Shown: positions 44,530-54,533, counted from the stretch's first letter. The stretch is 56,929 bases of DNA from Candidatus Omnitrophota bacterium (GCA_016939375.1 JAFGHF010000042.1:1-56929); one strand, 5' to 3'. Made by a program: numbers and translations. The notes: a model not told the origin generated them from the sequence alone.

Positions 44530-45506
44530 TGGTTGAAAAAGTAATAAAGTTGCACAATATCGATGAGTCACGTAAACTTTTCGGCAACCACGACGAAAAC
44601 CTGAAGTTCATTGAGCGTAAGTTTTCGGTAAAAACTATTGCCCGGGGAGAAAATTTAAAGTTAGAAGGTGAGGCAAAGAATGTGGAAAAGGCACAACACC
44701 TTTTCCATGAATTATTGTCAATAATCCGCAAGGACGGCATGATCAAAAACCATGAATTGCAACATCTGGTCAAATCATTTAACTGCGGCTCACTTAAAAA
44801 ACACAGCCTCTCAGATGTCTATACTGACAAAATTGAGGTCTCTGCAAAGAGGAAATACATAGTCCCTAAAACGAAGGGGCAGAAAGAATATATTGATTTC
44901 ATCCGCAAATATGACATCGTTTTCGCCATCGGGCCTGCAGGCACCGGCAAAACTTATTTGGCTATGGCCATGGCCGTACAAGCGCTTATGCACCAGGAGG
45001 TCTCCCGTGTCATTTTGACCCGACCAGCAGTAGAGGCCGGCGAAAGCTTGGGTTTTTTGCCCGGAGATATATATGAGAAAGTATCACCGTATTTGCGCCC
45101 GCTCTACGATGCGCTATACGATATGTTAGAGGTAGATAAAATACAACGCTATATGGATAGAGGGATCATTGAGGTCGCCCCCTTGGCTTTTATGCGCGGC
45201 AGGACTCTCAACGACTCCTTTATAATACTTGATGAAGCCCAAAACTGCACCCCTGAGCAGATGAAGATGTTTTTGACCCGCTTGGGATTCGATTCAAAGA
45301 CCGTCATAACCGGGGATGTCACGCAAAGCGATCTGCCGGGTGGTAAACCAACCGGCCTGCTGCAAGCAGAAAAGATCCTCAAGCGCGTCAAGGGAATAAG
45401 GTTCGCGTATTTAAGCGGACAAGATGTCGTCAGGCATGAACTAGTACAAGCGATAATTAAGGCCTACGCTAAAATCTCTAAAGAAAAAATGGAAGAAAAA
45501 AGATGA
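44529..45506 (+). CDS. phoH: PhoH-family ATPase
   Basis: GPAGTGKTYLAMA, ILDEAQN and ITGDVTQSDLP motifs. Confidence 0.9.
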   Translation: MVEKVIKLHNIDESRKLFGNHDENLKFIERKFSVKTIARGENLKLEGEAKNVEKAQHLFHELLSIIRKDGMIKNHELQHLVKSFNCGSLKKHSLSDVYTDKIEVSAKRKYIVPKTKGQKEYIDFIRKYDIVFAIGPAGTGKTYLAMAMAVQALMHQEVSRVILTRPAVEAGESLGFLPGDIYEKVSPYLRPLYDALYDMLEVDKIQRYMDRGIIEVAPLAFMRGRTLNDSFIILDEAQNCTPEQMKMFLTRLGFDSKTVITGDVTQSDLPGGKPTGLLQAEKILKRVKGIRFAYLSGQDVVRHELVQAIIKAYAKISKEKMEEKR

Positions 45507-47746
45507 TAAAGGGTTTCCGCTGGAAAAAGAACAGGGCCGCCGCCCTGCAAGTCGTTATACGTATTCTCTTAGGAATTTTGATTTGCTCCGCGGCAATCGC
45601 CACCGTATATATCGGTAGAAAGCCTTACGGGGAAGAGCTTAAAGAAGGCGATGTCTCTTTGAGGACATTGTATTCTCCGATAGATTTTAAATATCAGATC
45701 GGGGTTGACGAAGAAAAGACAGAGATTAGCCGTCAAGATGCAGCCGACCAGGTTGACGATATATACGATATTGGCGGAGAGATCACCCAGCAAATGTTGG
45801 ATAAGCTAGGGCACTTCTTTAACAGGCTTATGGACATCCAAAAATTGGAGGATGTGACCGAAGAAGAAAAGTTAGAAAAAGCCAAAAGCGTGCTGGGAGA
45901 AATTGAAATCACCGAGCTGGACCTCAAAACCTTCCTGGCCGAGCAAGACTTGACAAATACAAAAACCCAGACCGAGATCTTGCTCAAGGAACTGGTCAGC
46001 ACAGGAATTATTACTTCTACGCAAGAGAGGCAATTAGCTAATTCCAGCCGGGAAAGCGTTACTTTGCGAAACCTAGATACAAAAGAGGAACACACCGTTC
46101 CCGTCAACGGATTTTTATCGATGGGCGAAGCAAAAAGGGAAATCACCAACCGCGCCCAGGACCTTTTGCCCGAAAACCGTAAATTAAGGATGGCGGTCAT
46201 AGAGCTGGTCCAAGGAATACTGGAATTCAACCTTAAGTTCAATGAAGAAATCACTAACTTAAGGCGGCAAGAGGCTTATGAAAAAGCGCCCATTCAGTAT
46301 AAAGAAGAAGGAGTCAAAAAAGAAGAATTGATCATCGCCAGGGGAGAAAGGGTAGCTAAAGAACACTTGCTGAAAATCAAGGAAATGTTTCGCAGACAGA
46401 TTAAAGTAAACCGTTTCTTGTTTTTCTCCGGCGCGGCCATACTTACGCTGATATTCCTAGCCATCATATATCTCTATCTTAAATTCTATGAACGGGACGT
46501 ATATGTCAGCACCCGCAAACTCATTTTGATCAGCACTCTGTTTATTTTGATTCTTGGCCTGGCCAAGATTATCACTTATTCGCCCTTGCCTAGCTACGCA
46601 ATACCCACTGCCATTGCCTCGATATTAATCGCTATGCTCATAGGTCCACGCCCGGCCATCGTAATAACTATCGCCTTAAGTATATTCGTGGGCATTATCG
46701 CCGGGGATAAAATAAACATAGCTACGGTATCTTTCGTAGGAGGCATCACCGGTATTCTTTTTATTAGAAATGCCAGGCGACGCTCTCAGATACTAATTGC
46801 CGGGGCTACCGTAGGACTGGCGAATTTCATCTGTATCTGCGCAATCGAACTGTTACATGGGTTAAACTATGAAGTATTGCTTAAAGAAGGCTTTTGGGGG
46901 ATAATGAACGGGGTTGGCTCAGCGGTGATTATTACGGGCATCCTGCCGGTATTCGAGTCGCTGTTCAATCTGGTCACCAATATCAGCCTTCTGGAATTAT
47001 CCGACCTAAACCATCCCTTGCTAAAGGAAATGGTATTAAAAGCCCCGGGGACATACCATCACAGCCTAATCGTAGGAAATCTTGCTGAAGCCGCTTGTGA
47101 TGCCATCAAGGCCAACACGCTTCTGGCCAGGGTAGGGTCGTATTTTCACGATATCGGAAAAACTGAAAAAGCTGAATATTTTAGCGAAAACCAGGTAGGC
47201 GTAGCAAAGAAAAAGCACGATAAATTGACACCAAGCATGAGCAGTCTGATTATCACTAATCATGTAAAAGACGGGGTGGAGCTTGCCCGTAAGTATAAAT
47301 TAAACCAAGCAATCATCGATTTTATTGAACAACACCATGGCACCAGCCTGATCTATTTCTTTTACAGAAGGGCCCTGGAAAAGATGGAAGACGACCAGAT
47401 GCCCAAAGAAGAAGGTTTTCGTTATCCCGGACCCAAGCCACAGACTAAAGAAACGGCGGTAGTGCTTTTGGCCGATTCAGTAGAGGCGGCCTCAAGAGCT
47501 CTTGCTGAACCTACACCTGCGCGCCTAAAAGGCTTGGTGCGCAAGATCATCAATAACAAATTTATTGACAATCAGCTTGACCAGTGCGAATTGACCTTAA
47601 AAGATCTGGATAAAATCGCGGAGACTTTTACCCGCATCTTAATGGGGATCTTTCACACCCGAGTAGAATATGAACCAGAAAAAAAGCCAAAAAGTGAAAA
47701 TAAGGATAAGAATAAAAACCAGCCAGAGAAAAATAGCGATCAATAA
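45503..47746 (+). CDS. pgpH: 7TM-HD (HDIG) membrane phosphohydrolase, PgpH/YqfF family
   Basis: Extracellular N-terminal domain, 7 TM helices, and an HD domain (YHHSLIVGNLAE, FHDIGK). Sits in a phoH-pgpH-ybeY-dgkA arrangement like that of Firmicutes. Confidence 0.85.
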   Translation: MIKGFRWKKNRAAALQVVIRILLGILICSAAIATVYIGRKPYGEELKEGDVSLRTLYSPIDFKYQIGVDEEKTEISRQDAADQVDDIYDIGGEITQQMLDKLGHFFNRLMDIQKLEDVTEEEKLEKAKSVLGEIEITELDLKTFLAEQDLTNTKTQTEILLKELVSTGIITSTQERQLANSSRESVTLRNLDTKEEHTVPVNGFLSMGEAKREITNRAQDLLPENRKLRMAVIELVQGILEFNLKFNEEITNLRRQEAYEKAPIQYKEEGVKKEELIIARGERVAKEHLLKIKEMFRRQIKVNRFLFFSGAAILTLIFLAIIYLYLKFYERDVYVSTRKLILISTLFILILGLAKIITYSPLPSYAIPTAIASILIAMLIGPRPAIVITIALSIFVGIIAGDKINIATVSFVGGITGILFIRNARRRSQILIAGATVGLANFICICAIELLHGLNYEVLLKEGFWGIMNGVGSAVIITGILPVFESLFNLVTNISLLELSDLNHPLLKEMVLKAPGTYHHSLIVGNLAEAACDAIKANTLLARVGSYFHDIGKTEKAEYFSENQVGVAKKKHDKLTPSMSSLIITNHVKDGVELARKYKLNQAIIDFIEQHHGTSLIYFFYRRALEKMEDDQMPKEEGFRYPGPKPQTKETAVVLLADSVEAASRALAEPTPARLKGLVRKIINNKFIDNQLDQCELTLKDLDKIAETFTRILMGIFHTRVEYEPEKKPKSENKDKNKNQPEKNSDQ

Positions 47747-48140
47747 AAAGGCTTTTGCTCGTCTGGCAAGGGAAGTCCTCAGAAAAAAAGGCATCAAACA
47801 AGCGGAGTTGAGCATCCTCTTCGTAGGAAGACAACGCATCCAAGCGCTGAACAAAAGATTCAGAAACATAGATAGACCTACCGATGTGTTAGCATTTAGC
47901 ATGCGCGAGGGCATTGATGCTGACCTTCATCCCGAAATCCTGGGCGATGTGGTAATCTGCCCGGAAATGGCCCAAAGGTTTGCCAAGCTCTATAAAAACG
48001 ACTATAGGAAAGAATTGTATCTTGATTTAATACATGGGATTCTGCATCTTTTAGGTTATGACGACTCAAAGCCTAAAAAGCGCAAGCTGATGCAAAAAGA
48101 ACAAACTAAAATTTTGCGCAAGACAATAAGAAAAAAATGA
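47670..48140 (+). CDS. ybeY: rRNA maturation endoribonuclease YbeY
   Basis: TDVLAF and HGILHLLGYDD motifs. The start (ATG 47670 or GTG 47694) overlaps the pgpH 3' end. Confidence 0.85.
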   Translation: MNQKKSQKVKIRIRIKTSQRKIAINKKAFARLAREVLRKKGIKQAELSILFVGRQRIQALNKRFRNIDRPTDVLAFSMREGIDADLHPEILGDVVICPEMAQRFAKLYKNDYRKELYLDLIHGILHLLGYDDSKPKKRKLMQKEQTKILRKTIRKK

Positions 48141-48838
48141 AAAATAGGACTATTGTACAGAGTTTTAATTCCGCAATCGAAGGAATAATCTATGTAGTAA
48201 AAACCCAGCGCAATATGCGGCTTCACTTTTTAATTGCAGTGCTTGCACTTATGCTGGGCATACACCTGAATCTGGAAAAAATAGAACTTTTGCTTCTGGT
48301 AGTTTCAATCTGTTTTGTTATTTTAGCGGAGATGTTCAACACCGCTTTAGAGATGCATACGGATTTAATCGCTGACGGATACAATCCGATGATCCGCATA
48401 ATAAAGGACATCTCTGCCGGATGTGTGCTGATAGCCTCGATAAATGCGATAATAGTGGGTTACCTTTTATTTTTGAGTAGGCCCTGGGCTGGACATATCG
48501 CCAGCAGCATTGACAAAATCAAGTCCTCTTCATGGCATGTTACTTTTATAATTCTAATCCTGGTCCTGTTTTTTGTGATTTTAGGGAAGGTGGTCTTCCA
48601 TAAAGGCACGCCTTTGCGAGGGGGTATGCCTTCAGGCCACGCGGCCCTAGCCTTTGCCATCTGGACCATCATCACCTTTGTGACCACAAACGACGTGGCC
48701 ATGGCCCTTACTTTCGTCTTGGCCTTTCTTGTTGCACGCTCAAGACTAAGCGGTAAAATCCATAATTTCTGGGAAGTCCTGGCAGGAAGCGTATTGGGAA
48801 TCCTGATACCGCTTATGATATTTCAAAGCTTACGGTAA
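48137..48838 (+). CDS. dgkA: fusion of DgkA-family lipid kinase (undecaprenol/diacylglycerol kinase) with a PAP2-type phosphatase module
   Basis: N-terminal half is DgkA-like (SFNSAIEGIIYVVKTQRNMRLH...AEMFNTALE...IKDISAGCVL). C-terminal half carries PAP2 motifs PSGH and SRLSGKIHNFWE. Confidence 0.7.
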   Translation: MKNRTIVQSFNSAIEGIIYVVKTQRNMRLHFLIAVLALMLGIHLNLEKIELLLLVVSICFVILAEMFNTALEMHTDLIADGYNPMIRIIKDISAGCVLIASINAIIVGYLLFLSRPWAGHIASSIDKIKSSSWHVTFIILILVLFFVILGKVVFHKGTPLRGGMPSGHAALAFAIWTIITFVTTNDVAMALTFVLAFLVARSRLSGKIHNFWEVLAGSVLGILIPLMIFQSLR

Positions 48839-48897
48839 ACTGGGGTTAAAATTGTTGACCCCGCAGACTATACCTAATAAAACACGGGGATGGAAAG

Positions 48898-49521
48898 ATG
48901 CTTAATAAAATAAAAAGTAGTTTTTTCACCGGCCTAGTCTTGATTTTGCCTCTTGTGCTCACCATAGCGATCATTTCGGGTTTGGTAAAACAGATCAATG
49001 AAAAAGTCTTAAGCCCCGCTATAGAGCTGCTGGGGTTGACTTTTTATAACCCCTATTGGACTCATATGGCCAAGGCCATAGCTTTTGTAATGGCCATTTT
49101 GCTCATCGCCCTGGTCGGAGCAGCTACAAGGTCGTTTTTATTGCGCAAGTTCTTTGGATTTTGGGAGGGGATATTGGCAAAAGTCCCGGCAATCGGCAAG
49201 ATCTATACTACAATTAAAGAAATAAGCCGCGCTCTTTTGGGACAGGGAAAACTTGTATTTGAAAAAGTGGTATTGATAGAATACCCGCGCAAAGGCGTAT
49301 ATTCTATAGCCTTTCTCACGCAAGAAGCAAGCAAAGAGATCAAGGAAAAAACGGCCAGCGAAGCAGTCTATGTCTTTCTACCCACGACACCCAATCCGAC
49401 AAACGGCTATTTTCTGGTGATCCCCAAAAATGATATCATCCCTTTAAATATGTCGGTTGCCGAAGGCCTTAAGCTTGTGGTATCCGGAGGAACGGTCACT
49501 CCCGCTGATAAAAACAGCTGA
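48898..49521 (+). CDS. DUF502-family membrane protein
   Basis: Two N-terminal TM helices. PAIGKIYTTIKE, YSIAFLT and PTTPNPTNGYF motifs typical of the family. Confidence 0.65.
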   Translation: MLNKIKSSFFTGLVLILPLVLTIAIISGLVKQINEKVLSPAIELLGLTFYNPYWTHMAKAIAFVMAILLIALVGAATRSFLLRKFFGFWEGILAKVPAIGKIYTTIKEISRALLGQGKLVFEKVVLIEYPRKGVYSIAFLTQEASKEIKEKTASEAVYVFLPTTPNPTNGYFLVIPKNDIIPLNMSVAEGLKLVVSGGTVTPADKNS

Positions 49522-49556
49522 CAGTTATCAGTTTTCAGTTACCAGTTGACGGTTAT
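49515..49556 (+). repeat. 7-bp tandem repeat CAGTTNN x6
   Basis: CAGCTGA CAGTTAT CAGTTTT CAGTTAC CAGTTGA CGGTTAT. Spans the DUF502 stop codon and ends 8 nt before the recO ATG. Confidence 0.85.
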
Positions 49557-49563
49557 TAAAAAT

Positions 49564-50301
49564 ATGGGCATACAAAAAAGCGAAGCAATAGTCTTAAAAA
49601 CGCACAATTTCCGAGAGACGAGTCTAATCGTGAATTTTTTTACAAAAGACTTCGGCAAAATCCATGGTCTGATCAAAGGCATCAGAAACGAACCTCAGAG
49701 ATATGGAGGGCTGCCGTTGAACTTTTCCCGCAACCATATTGTCTTCTACGAAAAGCCGCAAAGAGAATTAAACTTAGTGACGCAATGTGACACTGAAGAC
49801 GGTTTTACGGCAATACGCCAAGACCTGCAAAAGACTAATTATGCCCTTTACTTTATAGAACTTCTGGATACTGTAACCCAAAATTTTGATAAAAATGTGC
49901 ATCTTTTTGAACTTACAGTCAAAGCTTTATATTCACTAGCACAAGATTACGATTGCTGGCAGATCGCCCGCGTCTTTGAAATAAAACTCCTCAATCTCTC
50001 CGGGTTTAAGCCGCGCCTAGATGCCTGCGTGCATTGTCAAAAAACAGATATAGAAGGCGGTGAATTCAGTTCAACGCTGGGGGGAATCATCTGTCCTAAC
50101 TGTATTAGTAAAGATAAGGATTCAAAAAAGGTTTTACCCGGGACCATAGCTTCATTGGAATATGTGGAAAAATCGAGTTGGGAGAAATCGTTAAATCTTA
50201 AGCTATCCAAAAAAATTGGCCAGGAGCTGGAAGAGATCCTATATAGTTTCTTAGAGATGCATTTAGATAAAAGAAGTAAGGTACGAAAATTCTTGAATTA
50301 A
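49564..50301 (+). CDS. recO: DNA repair protein RecO
   Basis: ATG at 49564. OB-fold N-terminus (EAIVLKTHNFRETSLIV). Zinc motif CVHCQK...CPNC. Confidence 0.85.
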   Translation: MGIQKSEAIVLKTHNFRETSLIVNFFTKDFGKIHGLIKGIRNEPQRYGGLPLNFSRNHIVFYEKPQRELNLVTQCDTEDGFTAIRQDLQKTNYALYFIELLDTVTQNFDKNVHLFELTVKALYSLAQDYDCWQIARVFEIKLLNLSGFKPRLDACVHCQKTDIEGGEFSSTLGGIICPNCISKDKDSKKVLPGTIASLEYVEKSSWEKSLNLKLSKKIGQELEEILYSFLEMHLDKRSKVRKFLN

Positions 50302-50381
50302 ATAGCGGGCTGTGCTAAAATTAGCGCTACTTTTTGCTCAATTAGTTGAAAATCGGTCATATATTATAAGGTAAGTGATAC

Positions 50382-51722
50382 ATGCAAACTGCAACAATGG
50401 ATAAAATCGTTTCTTTATGTAAGCGTAGGGGATTTATCTTCCAAAATAGCGAAATCTACGGGGGCCTAGGCAGCACATGGGATTATGGACCCCTGGGAAC
50501 AGAGTTTAAACGCAACGTAAAAAAGGCCTGGTGGAAATCTGTAGTATACGAAAGAGACGATATTGAAGGATTGGACGCGGCGATATTAATGCATCCCAAA
50601 ACCTGGGTCGCCTCCGGACACGTACAGGGTTTTTTTGATGTCCTAGTAGACTGCAAAAGCTGCAAAAAAAGGTTCAAGGTCGAACAGTTGACCGAACGAG
50701 GAAAGAAGAAGCTGGAACAGGCCAAATGCCCTGAATGCGGCGGCACTGCCTTTACCCAAGAGCGCCCTTTCAATCTGATGTTTAAGACCTTCGTCGGTCC
50801 GGTAGAAGATACCGGCTCGCAGATCTTCTTGCGCCCGGAAACCGCCCAAGGAATATTTGTCAATTTCGCCAATGTGCTTAATTCCACTCACCGCAAACTA
50901 CCCTTTGGCATAGCCCAGATAGGCAAGGCCTTTCGCAACGAAGTCACAACCGGCAACTTTACTTTTCGCAGCCGCGAATTTGAACAGATGGAAATCGAAT
51001 ATTTTGTCCAACCTAAAGACGCAGATCAATGCCATAAAAGTTGGATCCAAGACCGGCTCAACTGGTATTTGCAGTTAGGGATAAAACGGGACAACTTAAG
51101 AGTCAGGGAACACGAAAAGGGAGAATTGGCCCATTACGCGAAGGCATGCGCGGATATCGAATATAAGTTTCCCTTTGGCTGGTCGGAATTAGAAGGAATC
51201 GCCAACCGTACAGATTTCGATCTGGTCGAGCACGCAAAACACAGCGGTAAAGACCTGGGTTATTTTGATGAGGAGACAAAACAAAGGATCACCCCCTATA
51301 TCATCGAACCTTCCGGAGGAGTAGACAGGACCGTATTGGCCTTCTTGGCTGATGCTTACCGGGAGGAAACGGTGCGCGAGCGAAAAAGAGTGGTCTTAGG
51401 CCTGGACAAATCTCTCTCGCCCATAAAAGTGGCGGTGTTACCCCTTTTGAAGAACAGGCCAGAAATCGTTGACTTGGCAAAATCCATAGCCGCAGACCTG
51501 CGTAAAGATTTATCCGACTGCGACAAAAAAGTGGTCTATGACGATACTGCCTCTATCGGCCGCCTTTACCGCCGCCAAGACGAGATCGGCACAATATTCT
51601 GCCTGACCGTAGATGTCGAATCTTTAGAAGACAAAAAGGTTACCGTAAGAGAACGCGACTCGATGCAGCAAGAACGCATCTCAATAGATAGACTAAAACA
51701 ATATTTAAAAGAGAGGCTCTAA
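50382..51722 (+). CDS. glyQS: glycyl-tRNA synthetase (dimeric alpha2 type)
   Basis: 446 aa. RRGFIFQNSEIYGG, FLRPETAQGIF and QIGKAFRNE motifs. Confidence 0.92.
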   Translation: MQTATMDKIVSLCKRRGFIFQNSEIYGGLGSTWDYGPLGTEFKRNVKKAWWKSVVYERDDIEGLDAAILMHPKTWVASGHVQGFFDVLVDCKSCKKRFKVEQLTERGKKKLEQAKCPECGGTAFTQERPFNLMFKTFVGPVEDTGSQIFLRPETAQGIFVNFANVLNSTHRKLPFGIAQIGKAFRNEVTTGNFTFRSREFEQMEIEYFVQPKDADQCHKSWIQDRLNWYLQLGIKRDNLRVREHEKGELAHYAKACADIEYKFPFGWSELEGIANRTDFDLVEHAKHSGKDLGYFDEETKQRITPYIIEPSGGVDRTVLAFLADAYREETVRERKRVVLGLDKSLSPIKVAVLPLLKNRPEIVDLAKSIAADLRKDLSDCDKKVVYDDTASIGRLYRRQDEIGTIFCLTVDVESLEDKKVTVRERDSMQQERISIDRLKQYLKERL

Positions 51723-51747
51723 CACAGGATAGAAAGGAGTAGCAGTA

Positions 51748-54525
51748 ATGGCACAGCTTGGGACAAAGACAAAGAAAAAAACAGATGTGCAAACAAAAAA
51801 AATGGTCTATTTCTTCGGTGACGGTAAAGCAGACGGAAAGGCTGAGATGAAGAACCTCCTGGGAGGAAAAGGCGCTAATCTTGCCGAGATGACCAATCTA
51901 GGAGTACCCGTACCTCCGGGATTTACTATTTCCACAGATGTGTGTACAAAATTCTATGAAAATAACAGAAAGTTTCCCTCAGGCTTAAAAGAGGAAGTGC
52001 AAAAAAACCTGGCCAAGGTAGAAAAGGTCATGGAAGCGAAGTTCGGTGATAAGAAAAATCCTCTTTTGGTCTCCGTGCGCTCAGGTGCCCGCGTCTCCAT
52101 GCCCGGTATGATGGATACAGTGTTGAATCTGGGGCTCAATGATGAAACGGTACAAGGGCTTATCTCCCAGATAAAAAACGAAAGGACCGCTTACGATAGC
52201 TACCGCCGCTTCATTATGATGTACGCCAATGTCGTATTGGGAATCGATAAAGATAAATTCGAGCATCTCCTGGAAAAGAAAAAAGAGGAAAAAGGGGTCA
52301 AGCTAGATACTGAACTCAACGCCCATGACCTCAAGGGGCTGATCCCCAAATATAAGGAAATAGTAAAAAAGGAAACGGGCAAACCATTTCCGGAAGACCC
52401 CCAGCAACAACTCTGGGGCGCCGTAGGGGCGGTCTTCAACTCTTGGAATAATAAAAGAGCGGTCACTTACAGGCAATTAAATAAGATCCCCGGAGACTGG
52501 GGTACTGCCGTAAACGTACAGACTATGGTCTTCGGTAACATGGGAGATGACAGCGCAACCGGCGTTGCCTTTACCAGAGACCCGGCAACAGGAGAAAATG
52601 TCTTTTACGGGGAATATCTGGTCAATGCCCAAGGAGAAGATGTAGTAGCCGGAGTAAGGACACCGCATCCTTTGAATAGAGTACAGAAAAAAGCAAAAAA
52701 CATAAATCTGTCATCTTTAGAAGAAGAGATGCCAAAAGTCTATAAACAACTGGACGGCATCCGCAGTAAACTGGAAAAGCATTATCGCGATATGCAAGAT
52801 ATCGAGTTTACCATTCAAAAAGGCAGACTGTGGATGTTGCAGACTCGGACCGGCAAAAGAACGGCCTTTGCCTCTATACGCATAGCGGTAGAAATGGCCC
52901 AAAAAGGTTTTATCTCAAAAGAAAAAGCGATATCCAGAGTCGAACCGAATCAGCTAAACCAACTCCTGCACCGTATGTTTGATCCCGACGCAAAAAGACA
53001 AGTGATCGCCAAAGGCCTACCCGCCTCTCCGGGAGCGGCCAGCGGAAAAGTAGTGTTCAGCGCGGATGAAGCTGAAAGCGAATCAAAAAAGGGAGAAAAG
53101 GTGCTCTTGGTCCGCCTGGAGACATCTCCCGAAGATATACACGGAATGATCTGTGCCGAAGGCATCCTCACTGCCCGCGGGGGGATGACCTCACATGCCG
53201 CGGTAGTAGCCCGAGGCATGGGCAAATGTTGCGTTGCCGGTTGCGAAGCCATAAAGATTGATTATAATAAACAACAGTTGTCGGCGAACAGTACGGTGGT
53301 CAAAAAAGGCGATTATCTATCAATCGATGGGACCTCCGGTGAAGTGATGTTGGGTGAGGTACCTACGGTAGATTCTGAAGTAACGCGTGTTGTCCAGGGT
53401 ACTTTGAATAAGGACAAATCCGACATTTACCAAATCTATGAACAGCTGATGAAATGGGTAGAACAGACAAAACGCTTAGGCGTACGCGCCAACGCAGATA
53501 CTCCCCAAGACGCGCAAGTGGCACGGGCCTTTGGCGCAACAGGCATCGGACTCTGCCGCACCGAACATATGTTCTTTGGCGAAGAAAGGCTGCCGCAGGT
53601 CAGGGCGATGATCTTGGCTGAGAGCCAGCAGGAACGGGAAAAGGCCCTGGCAAAGCTCTTACCTTACCAGCGGGATGATTTCAAGGGCATTCTTAAGGCT
53701 ATGGATGGATTACCGGTAATCATCCGCCTACTTGACCCTCCTCTGCATGAGTTTTTGCCAAAGCATGAGGAATTGGAGAAACGATTAGAACAACTCAAAA
53801 AAGAGAACGCAAGCGAAAAAGAAATCGCCGAAGTAGAAAAGACAATAGCTAAAGTCACTTCTCTTCATGAAGCCAACCCTATGCTCGGCCACAGAGGTTG
53901 TCGCTTAGGGATAACTTTCCCGGAGATAAATAAAATGCAGGCCCGGGCGATCTTAGAGGCAGCTTGCGAATTGGTCAAAGAAGGCTACAACCCTTTTCCT
54001 GAGATAATGATCCCTTTGGTGGGTCATGTAAATGAAATACGCATAGTCAAAAAAGACATCCAGGAAGTAGCTCAAGAAGTAATGAAAGAGAAGAAACAAA
54101 AAATCAAATACATGATCGGGACCATGATCGAGCTACCCCGCGCCGCACTGACCGCCGACCAGATCGCACAAGAAGCAGAGTTCTTCTCTTACGGCACCAA
54201 TGACCTTACTCAGACTACATTTGGTTTCAGCAGAGATGACATCGAAGGAAAATTCCTGCCAGTCTATGTAGACAAAAAAATTCTGGCGGCTAATCCTTTT
54301 GCTGTTCTGGACCGCGAAGGAGTAGGTGAACTTGTACGCATAGGCATCGAAAAAGGCAGAAACGCACGCAAGGGCCTGGAAGTAGGCATTTGCGGCGAGC
54401 ACGGGGGAGAACCTTCCAGCGTAGAATTCTGTCATTTAGTCAAAATGAACTATGTAAGTTGTTCGCCTTATAGGGTCCCTATTGCGCGTCTGGCCGCAGC
54501 CCAAGCTGCTTTGGTAAACAGATAA
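51748..54525 (+). CDS. ppdK: pyruvate, phosphate dikinase
   Basis: 925 aa. GGKGANLAEM, phospho-His region GGMTSHAAVVARGMGK, and a C-terminal PEP-utilising TIM barrel (GLCRTEHMF). Confidence 0.95.
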   Translation: MAQLGTKTKKKTDVQTKKMVYFFGDGKADGKAEMKNLLGGKGANLAEMTNLGVPVPPGFTISTDVCTKFYENNRKFPSGLKEEVQKNLAKVEKVMEAKFGDKKNPLLVSVRSGARVSMPGMMDTVLNLGLNDETVQGLISQIKNERTAYDSYRRFIMMYANVVLGIDKDKFEHLLEKKKEEKGVKLDTELNAHDLKGLIPKYKEIVKKETGKPFPEDPQQQLWGAVGAVFNSWNNKRAVTYRQLNKIPGDWGTAVNVQTMVFGNMGDDSATGVAFTRDPATGENVFYGEYLVNAQGEDVVAGVRTPHPLNRVQKKAKNINLSSLEEEMPKVYKQLDGIRSKLEKHYRDMQDIEFTIQKGRLWMLQTRTGKRTAFASIRIAVEMAQKGFISKEKAISRVEPNQLNQLLHRMFDPDAKRQVIAKGLPASPGAASGKVVFSADEAESESKKGEKVLLVRLETSPEDIHGMICAEGILTARGGMTSHAAVVARGMGKCCVAGCEAIKIDYNKQQLSANSTVVKKGDYLSIDGTSGEVMLGEVPTVDSEVTRVVQGTLNKDKSDIYQIYEQLMKWVEQTKRLGVRANADTPQDAQVARAFGATGIGLCRTEHMFFGEERLPQVRAMILAESQQEREKALAKLLPYQRDDFKGILKAMDGLPVIIRLLDPPLHEFLPKHEELEKRLEQLKKENASEKEIAEVEKTIAKVTSLHEANPMLGHRGCRLGITFPEINKMQARAILEAACELVKEGYNPFPEIMIPLVGHVNEIRIVKKDIQEVAQEVMKEKKQKIKYMIGTMIELPRAALTADQIAQEAEFFSYGTNDLTQTTFGFSRDDIEGKFLPVYVDKKILAANPFAVLDREGVGELVRIGIEKGRNARKGLEVGICGEHGGEPSSVEFCHLVKMNYVSCSPYRVPIARLAAAQAALVNR

Positions 54526-54533
54526 GGAAAAAT

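Noticed and set aside
45733-46254. 173-aa antisense ORF inside pgpH. Similar long antisense ORFs occur at 19406-19867, 19992-20546, 10151-10534, 3493-3960 and 54851-55306.
   Set aside because: Each lies opposite a CDS with clear family motifs. They are Ser/Leu/Ile-rich low-complexity translations without RBSs, as expected for shadow ORFs of sense genes.
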